NCBI GenBank assembly: GCA_044222185.1
Contig: JBGANV010000007.1
Coordinates: 224,001 to 288,000 of the forward strand
Origin: Planctomycetota bacterium
Lineage (GTDB): Bacteria; Planctomycetota; GCA-002687715; CAIWVZ01
Reading direction: 5' to 3'
DNA: 64,000 nucleotides
Part shown: one piece after another, positions 1-10,404 of the stretch
How positions within the stretch are numbered: the stretch's first letter is position 1
How the letters are laid out: each line of letters begins with the position of its first letter
Made by a program: the position numbers and the translations under genes
Notes under the pieces: generated by a model
Databases searched by the model: none
Told to the model about the DNA's origin: nothing
The model's input: the letters and a program-made list of their open reading frames with translations, nothing else

Positions 1-2014
1 TCACACCGAAGGCCCGCTCCTGGTGCTCGCCGGCGCCGGGACGGGCAAGACGCGAGTGGTCACCGCGCGCATTGCGGAGATCATCCGCCGTGGGGCCGAT
101 CCCGCTTCGGTGTGTGCCGTCACGTTCACGAACAAGGCTGCTCGCGAGATGCGCGAGCGCGTCGGCAAGCTCGTTTCCGGCCGCGCGAAGGACGGCCTCG
201 TCGTCAGCACGTTCCACAGCCTGGGGGCGCGGATCCTGCGGGACGAGGGTCTCGCCATCGGCATCCCCCGCAACTTCACGATCGCCGACTCCTCCGACCA
301 GGAAGGCCTCGTCGCGGACGCGCTCCGCGATTTCGGCATGGGTCGCGACCAGATCCAGCCGAAGGACGCGCACCATCGGATCTCCATGTGGAAGAACGCG
401 GGGCTGACGCCCGAGCAGGCCCTGACGCGAACGAACTCGGTCGAGGAGGAGAAGCTCGCGCACGTGTTCGCACGCTACGAGGAGGCGCTCGCACATCGCG
501 GGTTGGTCGACTTCGACGACCTGATCCAGAAGGCGCTCCTCCTGCTGGAGAAGCACCGCCACGTGGCCGAGAGGCTTCAGGATCGATGGCGGTATCACCT
601 CGTCGACGAGTATCAGGACACGAACGACGCGCAGTACCGGTTGATGCAACTTCTGTGCGGAGAGCGCGCGAACGTCTGTGTCGTGGGCGATGACGACCAG
701 TCGATCTACGGCTGGCGCGGAGCCGACCCCAGTCGCATCCTCCGCTTCACCCGCGATTTCCACCGGGCGAAGGTCGTGACGCTCGTGCAGAACTATCGGT
801 CCACGATGAACATCCTTCGGGCGGCCAATCGCGTCATCGTCAACAACGGGTCGCGCCGCGAGAAGGAGCTGTGGTCCGCGCTGGGCGACGGGGATCCTGT
901 CAAGCTCTACGTCGCGACCGACGAGAAGGACGAGATGGACTGGGTCGGCCGCAACGTCGAACGCCTCGTGCGCGGCGGGACGCCGCTGAAGGAGATCTCG
1001 ATCCTCTTTCGGACGAACCGCCAATGCCGCCCGCTCGAGCAGACGCTGCGCGCGCGCCAGGTGCCGTATCGCGTGCTCGGCACGTTCTCGTTCTTCGATC
1101 GACGCGAGGTCCGCGATCTGCTTGCGTTCCTGCGCGTGACGCACAACCCCCGCGACGACGCCGCCTTCCTGCGGATCGTCAACACGCCGCCGCGGGGCAT
1201 CGGCAAGGGGACGGTCGACGTCCTGAAGAAGCGAAGCGGCGAACTGCGCGACGGACTGAAGAGGGCGTGCGACGTCACGGTGGAATCCGGTGTGGCGAGC
1301 GGCATCCAGGCGAAGGCCCAGGACGGCATCAAGGTCCTGCTCGATACGTTCACGCTCCTCGAGAACGAGTCGAAGACCGTGGGCGTCGCTCAGGCGATCG
1401 AGAATCTCGTCGAGCGAATCCAATACCGCGACTTTCTCAAGATGGACGTGAAGGAGCCCCTGGACCTCACCATGCGTCTCGCGACGGTCGACGAACTGAT
1501 CCAGACGGCTCGCGAGTGGGAGCAGCGCGCGCCCGCCAAGGGAATCGGTCCGTTCATCGAGAGTCTCTCGCTTCGCGAGGAGGATCGCCGCGACGACGAG
1601 AAGGAGAAGCCCGCGGTGTCACTCCTGACGGTGCACGCGGCCAAGGGGCTCGAATTCAACCACGTCTACGTCGTCGGCGTCGAAGAGGGGATCCTCCCTC
1701 ACAAGGGGAGCGTGACGGACGAGGAGGACGGCGAGGCCGCCGCGACCGATCACGGACTCGAAGAGGAGCGCCGGCTCTTCTACGTCGCCGTGACACGAGC
1801 CCGCCGGAAGCTGGCGATCTCGTACACGACCAAGCGCATGAAGTATGGCAAGGAAGAGCTCCGAGTGCCGTCGCGGTTCCTCGACGAGATGGGACGCCAG
1901 GGTGTCGAGGTCGAGGACGGCGCGAGCCAGGAGCCCGTCACCGCCGAGGAAGGCAAGCAGGCCATGAACGACCTGCTGGCGAGGCTCCGGAGCGCCAAGC
2001 CACGCACGCCCTGA
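1..2014 (+). CDS. UvrD/PcrA/Rep superfamily 1 ATP-dependent DNA helicase (5' end lies outside the window)
   Basis: The frame is open from base 2 (HTEGPLLVLAGAGTGKT, Walker A). Motifs VTFTNKAA, VDEYQDTN, VGDDDQSIYGWRGA, QNYRST, TVHAAKGLEF and EERRLFYVAVTRA. Confidence 0.96.
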   Translation, partial: HTEGPLLVLAGAGTGKTRVVTARIAEIIRRGADPASVCAVTFTNKAAREMRERVGKLVSGRAKDGLVVSTFHSLGARILRDEGLAIGIPRNFTIADSSDQEGLVADALRDFGMGRDQIQPKDAHHRISMWKNAGLTPEQALTRTNSVEEEKLAHVFARYEEALAHRGLVDFDDLIQKALLLLEKHRHVAERLQDRWRYHLVDEYQDTNDAQYRLMQLLCGERANVCVVGDDDQSIYGWRGADPSRILRFTRDFHRAKVVTLVQNYRSTMNILRAANRVIVNNGSRREKELWSALGDGDPVKLYVATDEKDEMDWVGRNVERLVRGGTPLKEISILFRTNRQCRPLEQTLRARQVPYRVLGTFSFFDRREVRDLLAFLRVTHNPRDDAAFLRIVNTPPRGIGKGTVDVLKKRSGELRDGLKRACDVTVESGVASGIQAKAQDGIKVLLDTFTLLENESKTVGVAQAIENLVERIQYRDFLKMDVKEPLDLTMRLATVDELIQTAREWEQRAPAKGIGPFIESLSLREEDRRDDEKEKPAVSLLTVHAAKGLEFNHVYVVGVEEGILPHKGSVTDEEDGEAAATDHGLEEERRLFYVAVTRARRKLAISYTTKRMKYGKEELRVPSRFLDEMGRQGVEVEDGASQEPVTAEEGKQAMNDLLARLRSAKPRTP

Positions 2015-2015
2015 A

Positions 2016-4811
2016 TCAGGGCCGTCCGCGCGTCGCGAACGCGGCCCCGACGGCGGGACGACTGCGGGCCCCCGTGACGACGAGCGTCACCGGGTGCGGC
2101 TCCTGTCGCAACGTCGCGCACGCGACGGCCTCGAAGCGATACACGCTCACGGGCGGCTCCGGCGCTCGGCCGACGGCCCGGACCGAGATTTCCTCGCGGG
2201 ATGCATCACCGGCGAGGAGGAATGCGACCCAGATGCGGTCGGTCGCCGCTTCCGCGTGCGCACCCGCCGGCACCTGGATGGAGATGTCGAATCTCCCGGA
2301 CGATCCCAGCACGACCTCGCTCGCCGTCACGACGGGCGCGCCCGCGCGCTTCGTTCCGTCGGGAGCGACCCAGCGTTTGAACAGCTCGAATGCCGCCACG
2401 GCACCGGCCGGGTCGTCGTAACCCGCGTGCTTCTGAAGCTGCTCGTCGCTGGGCATGCCCGGTGTCCGTATCAGCGCGCGGATCATCTCGCGACAAACGG
2501 CGCGATCGCTCTCGGCGTCGAGGGCGTGCGCCAAGGGTTCTGCCGGCCAGGCCGTGCGCCATTCGGCCATGGCGGCGGCGGCGGCGAGTCGGACGCGCGC
2601 TTGTCGTGACTGGAGATCCTCGATGCGCGGCCGCCGGTTCACGACGCGCAGCGCCCGCTGCCGCTCGTCTTCCGTGGCGGGGCCGTCCTCCGCCGCGAAC
2701 AGGCGCAGGAGGGCCTCGCGTTGCGGCTCGTCGACTCGGCTGAGGGCGTCGACGGCTGCACCGCGCACGGCACTGGAGGAATCGGAGAGAAACGGCCACC
2801 AGATCTCGTACGCCGTCGTTTCGGACGCGCACGCAGTGCGAACGGCGTCGAGCCTCGACGCCACGGCGGATGCATCCGGTCGGGGAGCGGAAAGCGCGAG
2901 TTCCAGGAGTTCGCGCCGAAGATCGGCGTGCTCGTCCGCCCGGTTCGTCCGCTCGCCAGGGTCCGCGGCGAGGTCGAAGAGCTCGATCGTTCCCGCGGTC
3001 GCGTTGCGGATGAGCTTCCACGGCCAGCGGATCACCGCGCGCAGCGAAATCTCGTGGTCAGGGCGCTCCTGGATCGTGAGGACGATTCGATCCCGGCCGA
3101 TCCTCGGATCGAAACAGAGCGGCAGTACGGAGCGTCCGCTGGTCCCCGGTTCGGGAGCCACCGCGACCATGTGCGCGACCGTCGGCCGCAGGTCCAGGAG
3201 GGTCACGGGCGCGTCGACCCTCGCCACCGGCACCCCCGGTCCGTGGATCACGAGCGGCACGTGCGTGGCCGCCTCGTAGACGGTGGAGCCGTGGAAGAAG
3301 CTCCCGTGTTCACCCAGATCCTCGCCGTGATCCGCCGTGACGATGACGATCGTGTTCTTGTCGACCTTCGCCTCTGCGAGGATCTCGAGGATCCGGCCCA
3401 CGTCGCGGTCGGCGTCACGGACCTCGCCGTCGTATCGCGCCTCGGCGTCGCCACAGGCGTCGGCCGCATCCCGAGGCTCGTAGGGTGCATGGGGGGCCAT
3501 CAGGTGCAGCCATGCGACGAAGGGCCGATCGGCGTGCGCTCGCGCGAACTCGCCGAAGCGGGTGACGCGTTCCTGATCCGTCGCGGGCTCCTGGTCGACG
3601 TGTTCGAACCCGAGGTCCCAGCGCGTGAACACGACGTCGGCGGGCAGCGTGGCCTTGATTCCCCACAGTGGGAAGCCGGCGTAAGTCGTGTAGTTCGCCG
3701 ACCGCGCCATGTCGGCGAGCGTATGGACGGTGTCGGGCGCCGGATGCCGCGCGAACCGGTCGGGACGGCGCGCCGTCATCATCGCCGTCAGCGCCTGGAA
3801 CGTGCTGGTCGCCGGCGCATGGGCTTGCGTGAAGACGGCCCCGCGTTCACCCAATCGATCGATGGTGGGCGTGAGTCCCGGCTTGCCGCCCGCGCAGCCC
3901 ACGCGGTCGGCGCGCAGCGCATCGATGGTCACGACGACGACGTTCGGGCGGGCCGGGAGGCCGGCGGCGACGAGGCGACCCCGCGTGGTTGCGAGGACCT
4001 CATCCGGCCACTCCGCGGTCGGGAGCGACGGGAAGTCGCCGGGTTGGAGCTGGAGGGTGGCGACCCGGAGCCAGGGGCGGGTCACCACGCCGAGAGTGGG
4101 GAACGAACTCGTCGCCGCGACCCGCACGTCCTCGCGGGTGGCGAGGAGCATCGCCGAAGGGACCGCGGCAACCGCCGCGGCGATCACCCCGAAGCGGACG
4201 CGGGCGCCCGAGCACGGGCCGATCGCGAGCGCAGCATGCAGCGCCCCCAAAGCGGCGAGGGCGACGAGGACCTCGTGCGCCGCCGGGTAGAGGTTGGGGA
4301 ACGCGATCGCGTTCGTGGTCGCGCACGCGGCCATGAAGCCCAGCCCTTCGAGGGCGCGGCGCCTGCGGGGACTGCCCGAGAATCGGCTCAGCATCACGAC
4401 GGCGACGCCGACGCCCACCGCGGTGACGACGCTCCCGGCGATCCAGGGCAAGGCGCCCGCCAGAGGGAGGGCGGACGCTCGCGGCCCGTCGAACAACGTC
4501 CGCCCGCAGCGGATCGCGAGCCAGAGGAAGCCGGCGAGCGCAACGCCGACGAAGCGCGCCCCCGGTCGCGACGTCCGCGCCCCGACGACGGCGGCGACGC
4601 CTGCGGCGATGAGGCCTGCGCCGAGCCACGCACCCGATGCGGCCAGAAGCGTCATTCCGGGCGGGGTGCCGCCCGTCGCTCCGACGACGAGTCGCAGGGC
4701 CCAGTCACAGCACCAAAGGACGGATGCGCCGACGATGGCGCACGTGGCGGGGGACGGGTTGGTGGATTCCCGAGTCGCCGACACGTGCTTCGGCATTTCG
4801 AATTCGGACAT
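2016..4811 (-). CDS. Membrane-anchored sulfatase-like (alkaline phosphatase superfamily) protein with C-terminal HEAT-like repeats
   Basis: Several N-terminal hydrophobic helices. PNVVVVTIDALRAD, HLMAPHAPY, YDGEV..D and TADHGE..GEHG...HG motifs, followed by HEAT-like VRGAAVDAL / VRLAAAAAM segments. Confidence 0.85.
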   Translation of the reverse strand: MSEFEMPKHVSATRESTNPSPATCAIVGASVLWCCDWALRLVVGATGGTPPGMTLLAASGAWLGAGLIAAGVAAVVGARTSRPGARFVGVALAGFLWLAIRCGRTLFDGPRASALPLAGALPWIAGSVVTAVGVGVAVVMLSRFSGSPRRRRALEGLGFMAACATTNAIAFPNLYPAAHEVLVALAALGALHAALAIGPCSGARVRFGVIAAAVAAVPSAMLLATREDVRVAATSSFPTLGVVTRPWLRVATLQLQPGDFPSLPTAEWPDEVLATTRGRLVAAGLPARPNVVVVTIDALRADRVGCAGGKPGLTPTIDRLGERGAVFTQAHAPATSTFQALTAMMTARRPDRFARHPAPDTVHTLADMARSANYTTYAGFPLWGIKATLPADVVFTRWDLGFEHVDQEPATDQERVTRFGEFARAHADRPFVAWLHLMAPHAPYEPRDAADACGDAEARYDGEVRDADRDVGRILEILAEAKVDKNTIVIVTADHGEDLGEHGSFFHGSTVYEAATHVPLVIHGPGVPVARVDAPVTLLDLRPTVAHMVAVAPEPGTSGRSVLPLCFDPRIGRDRIVLTIQERPDHEISLRAVIRWPWKLIRNATAGTIELFDLAADPGERTNRADEHADLRRELLELALSAPRPDASAVASRLDAVRTACASETTAYEIWWPFLSDSSSAVRGAAVDALSRVDEPQREALLRLFAAEDGPATEDERQRALRVVNRRPRIEDLQSRQARVRLAAAAAMAEWRTAWPAEPLAHALDAESDRAVCREMIRALIRTPGMPSDEQLQKHAGYDDPAGAVAAFELFKRWVAPDGTKRAGAPVVTASEVVLGSSGRFDISIQVPAGAHAEAATDRIWVAFLLAGDASREEISVRAVGRAPEPPVSVYRFEAVACATLRQEPHPVTLVVTGARSRPAVGAAFATRGRP

Positions 4812-4971
4812 CTCTCGCTCGCGCGACGCTTCTCTTGGCCCGGCCCGGGGAGGCGGGCGACCGGCGGCGCAGGCGCTCGCCGGTGCAGGGCAAGTGGGGT
4901 GGGGTCGAGTCTACGCGAGGTGGCGCGCGTTGCGAGTGCCGGTCCGTGGCCGGGGCCCCGGGGCGAGGGGG

Positions 4972-5187
4972 TCAGCCGCGCCGCTTCGAGCCGTCGGCGG
5001 AGGGCGCGTCGCCCTTCCGCCGGCGGACGGCGTCGCGGAGGAGGAACTCGATGTGGGCATTCAGGCTGCGCAGATCCTGCGCGGCCCAGCCGCGCAGCTC
5101 GGTCATCAGGTCGGGCGAAATGCGGAGCAGGAACGCCTTGCGGTCGGCCGGCTCCTCCCCTGATCCTTCCGTGGCGCGTCGAGACAT
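4972..5187 (-). CDS. Small ribbon-helix-helix (Arc-like) DNA-binding protein
   Basis: RKAFLLRISPDLMTELRGWAAQDLRSLNAHIEFLL fits the beta-alpha-alpha RHH pattern. It starts 7 bp after the SPFH gene stop. Confidence 0.85.
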   Translation of the reverse strand: MSRRATEGSGEEPADRKAFLLRISPDLMTELRGWAAQDLRSLNAHIEFLLRDAVRRRKGDAPSADGSKRRG

Positions 5188-5194
5188 GAGCGTT

Positions 5195-6085
5195 TCAGCT
5201 GTAGAGGGTTCCCGTGTTCAGCACAGGGGTTGGGGCTCCGTGTCCGCAAAGGACGACGAGGAGGTTGCCGACGAGCGTCGCACGTCGTTCGTCATCGAGC
5301 TCGACGACGCGCTTGTCTCCCAGGTGGTGCAGTGCCATCTCGACCATCCCGACGGCACCTTCGACCATCAGTTTGCGGGCCGCGATGATGGCCGAGGCCT
5401 GCTGCCTCTGGAGCATGGCGGCGGCGATCTCCGGCGCGTACGCCAGGTGGCTCAGTCGCGCCTCGACCACGTCGATACCAGCACGGGCGAGCCGAGACTG
5501 CAGTTCCTCACGAAGTTCGTTGGCGACGATGTCCGCCGAGCCCCGAAGCGTCGTGTGAACCTCCGTCGTCTGTCCGTCGTCGTACGGGTGGCGGCTGGCG
5601 ACGAGCCGCAAGGCCGACTCGCTTTGGACGGTGACGTAGTGCTGGAAGTCCTGCACGTCGAATGCGGCCTGCGCCGTGTCCTCGACCTGCCACACGACGA
5701 CCGCAGCGATCTCGATGGGATTGCCGAGGAGGTCGTTCACCTTCAGCCGATCACCGTTCAAGTTGTGGGCGCGAAGCGAGATCTTCCGCTTGGTCATGAA
5801 CGGGTTCGTCCAGTGGAATCCGGCGGCACGAACGGTGCCCCGGTATCGCCCGAACAGGATCAGCACGCGCGCCAGGTTGGGGTCGACGACGAAGAAGCCG
5901 GGCATCATTAGAACGGACGTGAGGATCCCGAGCACCGCGAGGAACACGAGGAGGCCATTCCGCATGACGCCCCCGCCGATCGCGCAGGCGATCGAGACGG
6001 CGATGGTGAAGATCAGGTACGTCAGCATCGTCGCTCCGGGCATGGTGCTGACGGTGTGCTCTTTCGATTGGGCTTGAGTTGTCAC
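5195..6085 (-). CDS. SPFH/Band 7 domain membrane protein
   Basis: Two N-terminal TM helices, then LFGRYRGTV, KVND..GNPIEIAAVVVW and EARLSHLAYAPEIAAAMLQRQQA. GTG start with upstream AAGGGGA. Confidence 0.93.
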   Translation of the reverse strand: MTTQAQSKEHTVSTMPGATMLTYLIFTIAVSIACAIGGGVMRNGLLVFLAVLGILTSVLMMPGFFVVDPNLARVLILFGRYRGTVRAAGFHWTNPFMTKRKISLRAHNLNGDRLKVNDLLGNPIEIAAVVVWQVEDTAQAAFDVQDFQHYVTVQSESALRLVASRHPYDDGQTTEVHTTLRGSADIVANELREELQSRLARAGIDVVEARLSHLAYAPEIAAAMLQRQQASAIIAARKLMVEGAVGMVEMALHHLGDKRVVELDDERRATLVGNLLVVLCGHGAPTPVLNTGTLYS

Positions 6086-6108
6086 GGTGAGATCCCCTTG
6101 AGGTTCAT

Positions 6109-6139
6109 CGACATCACTTCGATGTCAATGTGATATCAC
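6109..6139. promoter_or_regulatory. Putative operator: three TGATATCA-like boxes at 11-bp period upstream of the SPFH-RHH operon
   Basis: CGACATCA (6109-6116), CGATGTCA (6120-6127) and TGATATCA (6131-6138). GTGATATCAC is a perfect palindrome and overlaps a possible minus-strand TTGAGG-N17-TATCAC promoter. Confidence 0.6.
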
Positions 6140-6199
6140 CGAGCTATACGGGCCTCAACCACCGGGATTCCCGAGGCCTGGCGCCCCGCAAAGTTGCCG

Positions 6200-7105
6200 T
6201 CAGAGGGTGAAAAGGTCCCCCGCGACGCGGGGACCCGGTGGGCCGAGTCGGAATCCTGCGGCCGCCTCCGTCGCCTCGAATCCCAGTCGCATGATCGTGC
6301 GCAGCGCACGCGGCGCCGGCCCCGTGGATTCGAGGATCAGTTCCTTCGCGCCCGCGTCTGCCGCGCGCTGCGTCAGGCGGGCGAGCGCGTGTTCCGCGTG
6401 GCCATGATCGCGCACCGACGGTCCCGAAAAGAGGTGGGTGATGTTCCAACGCCGGCCGGCCGCGTGCCCGGCGGCGACGACCTTGGCGTCGTTGCCTGCG
6501 AATCCCACGAGGACCGCGCCGTCGCGGTGCGACGTCAGAGCCTCGAGGGCCGGCAGGACGTTCGTGTCCGCGGGATTCGCGGCGGCGGCCGGCGCGAGGA
6601 GCCGGGGGATGCGATCGGCGCTTTCGCCCTCGATCCACAGCCATCGGAGATTCGGCGCGGGAAGCTCGGTCGTGAGCGGGTCCGTCTTGCGGACGAAGCG
6701 CACGACTCCGCGGGATGGATCCAGTCCGGCCCGGAGGATGAGGCCCGCGCCGCCCTTCACGCCATGCCAGACGGAGGCCGTCACGCGGTTGTTCGAGCTC
6801 GCTGCCACGTGCGGTCGGACGAGGGCCTGGAGCAGCTTCTGCCCCAGTCCCTGACCGCGGGCGGCGAACTGAACCGTCACGACGAACACCTCGCGCTCGA
6901 TCCCGCGGTCGAACGCGATCGCCAGTCCGCGGACCCGTTCGCCGTCGGCGACGCGGGCGACGACACACGACGGGGAGAGACACGCCGCCGCAAACGGCAG
7001 ATGCCCGAGCTGCTCCCCCGTCGAGAGGGCCAGGTCGCGGCAGTGATCCACGACGAATGCGAGGTCCTGGGGCGAAAGCCCGCGCGTGATGGCCGGTTCG
7101 TTCAT
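6200..7105 (-). CDS. Tandem GNAT-fold acetyltransferase-like protein
   Basis: Motif A-like VTVQFAARGQGLGQKLL and a second degenerate copy LFSGPSVRDHGHAEHAL. The start is placed at ATG 7105 (MNEPAITR); the ORF extends to 7204. Confidence 0.65.
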   Translation of the reverse strand: MNEPAITRGLSPQDLAFVVDHCRDLALSTGEQLGHLPFAAACLSPSCVVARVADGERVRGLAIAFDRGIEREVFVVTVQFAARGQGLGQKLLQALVRPHVAASSNNRVTASVWHGVKGGAGLILRAGLDPSRGVVRFVRKTDPLTTELPAPNLRWLWIEGESADRIPRLLAPAAAANPADTNVLPALEALTSHRDGAVLVGFAGNDAKVVAAGHAAGRRWNITHLFSGPSVRDHGHAEHALARLTQRAADAGAKELILESTGPAPRALRTIMRLGFEATEAAAGFRLGPPGPRVAGDLFTL

Positions 7106-7215
7106 CGCGCGAAATCCTAACCCTGCGGCCGTCAAAGCCGAGCCTTGCCCCCACCCATCTTGCGCCATCGCTGTTCTTCTTCGGCCGCTACGGACGAAGA
7201 ACACGAGCGCGACGC

Positions 7216-10200
7216 ATGAAGGTCCGAGAGTCCCAAATCCCGCTCCGTCCCGAGGACGCCACCGAGCTGTTGAAGCTCGTGAGCGAGCGGGTCGAGCAAC
7301 GCCTCGTCGGCCGCAAGGCCGCCGCGGACGGAGTCCTGGCCGAGATCATCGAGCCTCTGGGGACGTCGCTCGACGATGCGGGATGGCACGTCGTCCACGT
7401 TGCACACCTCGTGCGTGCACGGTGCTACCTGGCGAGCCGCACCGGCGCGGTCCTCGACGCGGCGGCGGCCTACCTGGCCGCGGCGGACGCGGCGGCGAAC
7501 CTGTCGGAGCGCCTTCACGCCAACGACGACCTCGTCGCCATCGGCGCCGACCTCGTTGCCGCCCTCGTCAAGCTCGAGTCGCGGCGACGGGCCATCCGCG
7601 TCTTCTCGGTCTACGTGCGGGCCCTGAGCATGATCGGCGCGACCGCGGAGGCCCTCGATGGGGCTTTCGCAGCCGCACCGAACATGGCCCGCAAGGCCGT
7701 CCTCGGCGGGCTCCTGCCGGAGCTCCGGCAGATCGGAGCGGCGCTCGCGCGGCTTCACGACTCCTGCGTGACGCTCGACCAGGACGTTCGCGACAAGCGT
7801 CGGGACATACTCTTCCGCATCGGCGTTCTCGGCGCGGACGACGAAGCGACGCTGCGATTCCGGCCGTCGCTCTCGGCGATCTCGCCAGAGGACGGCGAGG
7901 CTCTCGCGTCGGCCATCATTCGCACGCGTGCGGCGGATTCGGAGTCCGTGGAGTTCCTCGTCCGACTCGCCGACGCGCAGCCGAGCGCATTTGCGGCGCT
8001 CGGCGACAGCACACGACGATGGCTTCGCCCCCGATCGCGCACGCATTCTTCCGAACTTCCGTGCCTCGAGCGCGGCAACCTGTGGGCGCGTGGCGTCTGG
8101 CCGGGGGAGGGCTGGCCCGTCCAGCACCTCATTCGCATCGCCGCACGGCAGCGTCAGCCCGTGGCCGCGGTTGCGTGGTTCGCCGGACTCGCGGACCGCA
8201 ACATGCCGACGGGCGGCAGCCCCTACCTCGTCGGACCGCTCCTGTTTCGCCTGGGCTTCGACCGGACGGCAGCGCGAATCGGCGGTCCGACGCTGAAGCT
8301 GCTCGTTCGCGCCGAGGATCTCCTGTCGAGCGGCGCCGGCATCCGAGTCCTCGAGGACTTCGTAGGCGGGGTCCAGCGCGTGCTGGACGAGCGCAGCATT
8401 CCCGACTCGCTTCGCGCGGCGGCCCTCCGCATCGAGGGGCGACTGCTGGCGGCGACGGGTCGCTTCGACGAGGCCGCGCGCGTTCTCGAGTGCGCCATGG
8501 CGCGTGACGACCAGTCGTCCGCGGTCGCCGTCGACCTCGCCGAGGTTCTCGTGGCGAAGGGTGACAGGCGTCGCGCGCGAGCGTTCGTCGACGTCGCGGA
8601 GGCCGGCCGCCGTTCCATCCGCCTCGGCGAGATCAAAGCTGCATTGCTCGAGCAGGACGGGAATTTCGTGGAGGCGGCCGCGGCGCTCCTCGAGGTCCTC
8701 GACCGTCACGGGAAGCCCAGGGGCGAGCCCGATGCCTGGGTTGCGGCGCAACTCGAGAAAGTCGAGGAGAGCTTCCGCGCACTGTGGGGCGCCGCGCCCG
8801 AATCGTCGCTCTTCCTCGCCGAGCTTCGGGGCGAACTCGAAGAGTGTCAGGGCAACGAAGAGCGGCCGCTGTCTACCCCCGACGTCATCCGAAGACGCGC
8901 GTTGATCCTCGCGGATCGCGGCGGAGACGGACCTCTCGCACTTCGCCTCGCCGAGCCGTGGATCGACCGGATCCTTCACGAACCGACCTTGGCCTCGATC
9001 GTCGCCCGCGCGCGGCTCCGGTGCGGCGACGCGTCGGCGGCCCTCGCCACTCTCGATCCTCACGGCGCGGACGCGGAAGGAGCGACGGGGGTCCGAGCGC
9101 TCGCCCTCTGGCAGCTCGAACGGCAGGAGGATGCGTTGGCGTTGCTGCGGGCGTCCGATTGCGCATCCGTCGGGGCGATGCTTGCCCACGCCGCCATGCT
9201 CGCCGCCTACGATCGAGTCCCCGAGGCCATGTCGGTCCTCGAGCGCGCCGTCGACGAGGGTCTGGGAACCCAAGAGGCCCAGGCGCGCCTTCTGTCGCTG
9301 CTCGGCCTTCTGCAGGAGCGCAGCGGAGAGGATCTGGCCGCGATCGATTCGTACGCGCGCTCGCTGGAACTCTGCGAGCGGATCGCCACGCGCCGCGACT
9401 ACGTCCGCATGACGGCCGTCCTCGGATTGCGCGAGCCGCCGCGGTCCGCGTTGGCGCGCGAACTCTTCGAGAATACGCACGCGGCGATCGAGGCGGCGCC
9501 CGAGGGGCAGGACGACGTCTGGGGCGCCATCGCGCTGACGGCGTTGGGGCGCACGGGCCCGTTCTCGCCCGAGGATCTCGAGAAGGCGATCCTCGCATCG
9601 GCACACGAAGCGTCGGAGACCGACGTCGAACGGCGGCGCCTGGGGTTGTGGATCGCGCACCTGGAGGCCGCGGGCGACTGGCGCCGCGCAGCCCGCGTGG
9701 CGCGTGCGGCGGAATCGTTGCTCGGACGGGCGGTCCACGCCGGGATCAGCTGGCGAGCCATGCTGCGCATCGCGGCGGACGACGAGTCCCCGCCCGATGC
9801 GAGGGGACGGTTCGATCCCGGCGGTGTGGCGGCCGCCGGAGCCAACGGGCGCGCGCTCGTCGCCATCAACGGTGTCCTTTCGGGAGTGCCGGTCCCGTTC
9901 CCCGAACCGGATGATGCCCTCTCCATCGAGTTGCAGCGGGGACTGGCCTGGGCCAGCGTACTCGGTACCGACCCGGCCCCGGTTCACGTCCACGTTGCGG
10001 CCCTCGCAGCGCGGGGGCACGAGATCGAGGCGTCGCTTGCCGAGCGAACGCACGCCAGAGATTTCGCACAGGATCTCACCGTCCTGATCGCACAGCTCCG
10101 CGAGGCCGGGAACCCGCTTCCGTTCGAGTTCGCGACCTGCCGCCTGGCGGCGCTGCGACTGGCAGCGCTCGAGGGCGAGGGCCGCGAGGTCACGATCCAC

Positions 10201-10404
10201 GACGATGATCGCGGTCACGTCGTGACGCGTCTTGCCGAGGGACTCGCCGAGCTCAGGCGGGCGCGGGCGGCCACGACGCCGGAGGACCTGCGATCGCTCG
10301 CCGAGCGGGCCTGCGACCACTTGGAAGGCTTCCCCGACCTGAAGGCCGAGCTCATTTCCGCCGTCGATGCCGCAACCGCGCCCGCCGTGGAGTCCCCACC
10401 ATGA
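7216..10404 (+). CDS. Large alpha-helical TPR-like protein, function unknown
   Basis: 1062-aa ORF with coding-like codon bias and TPR-like segments (GRLLAATGRFDEAARVLECAMARD; LLGLLQERSGEDLAAIDSYARSLEL). Its stop overlaps the next ATG (ATGA). Confidence 0.75.
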   Translation: MKVRESQIPLRPEDATELLKLVSERVEQRLVGRKAAADGVLAEIIEPLGTSLDDAGWHVVHVAHLVRARCYLASRTGAVLDAAAAYLAAADAAANLSERLHANDDLVAIGADLVAALVKLESRRRAIRVFSVYVRALSMIGATAEALDGAFAAAPNMARKAVLGGLLPELRQIGAALARLHDSCVTLDQDVRDKRRDILFRIGVLGADDEATLRFRPSLSAISPEDGEALASAIIRTRAADSESVEFLVRLADAQPSAFAALGDSTRRWLRPRSRTHSSELPCLERGNLWARGVWPGEGWPVQHLIRIAARQRQPVAAVAWFAGLADRNMPTGGSPYLVGPLLFRLGFDRTAARIGGPTLKLLVRAEDLLSSGAGIRVLEDFVGGVQRVLDERSIPDSLRAAALRIEGRLLAATGRFDEAARVLECAMARDDQSSAVAVDLAEVLVAKGDRRRARAFVDVAEAGRRSIRLGEIKAALLEQDGNFVEAAAALLEVLDRHGKPRGEPDAWVAAQLEKVEESFRALWGAAPESSLFLAELRGELEECQGNEERPLSTPDVIRRRALILADRGGDGPLALRLAEPWIDRILHEPTLASIVARARLRCGDASAALATLDPHGADAEGATGVRALALWQLERQEDALALLRASDCASVGAMLAHAAMLAAYDRVPEAMSVLERAVDEGLGTQEAQARLLSLLGLLQERSGEDLAAIDSYARSLELCERIATRRDYVRMTAVLGLREPPRSALARELFENTHAAIEAAPEGQDDVWGAIALTALGRTGPFSPEDLEKAILASAHEASETDVERRRLGLWIAHLEAAGDWRRAARVARAAESLLGRAVHAGISWRAMLRIAADDESPPDARGRFDPGGVAAAGANGRALVAINGVLSGVPVPFPEPDDALSIELQRGLAWASVLGTDPAPVHVHVAALAARGHEIEASLAERTHARDFAQDLTVLIAQLREAGNPLPFEFATCRLAALRLAALEGEGREVTIHDDDRGHVVTRLAEGLAELRRARAATTPEDLRSLAERACDHLEGFPDLKAELISAVDAATAPAVESPP

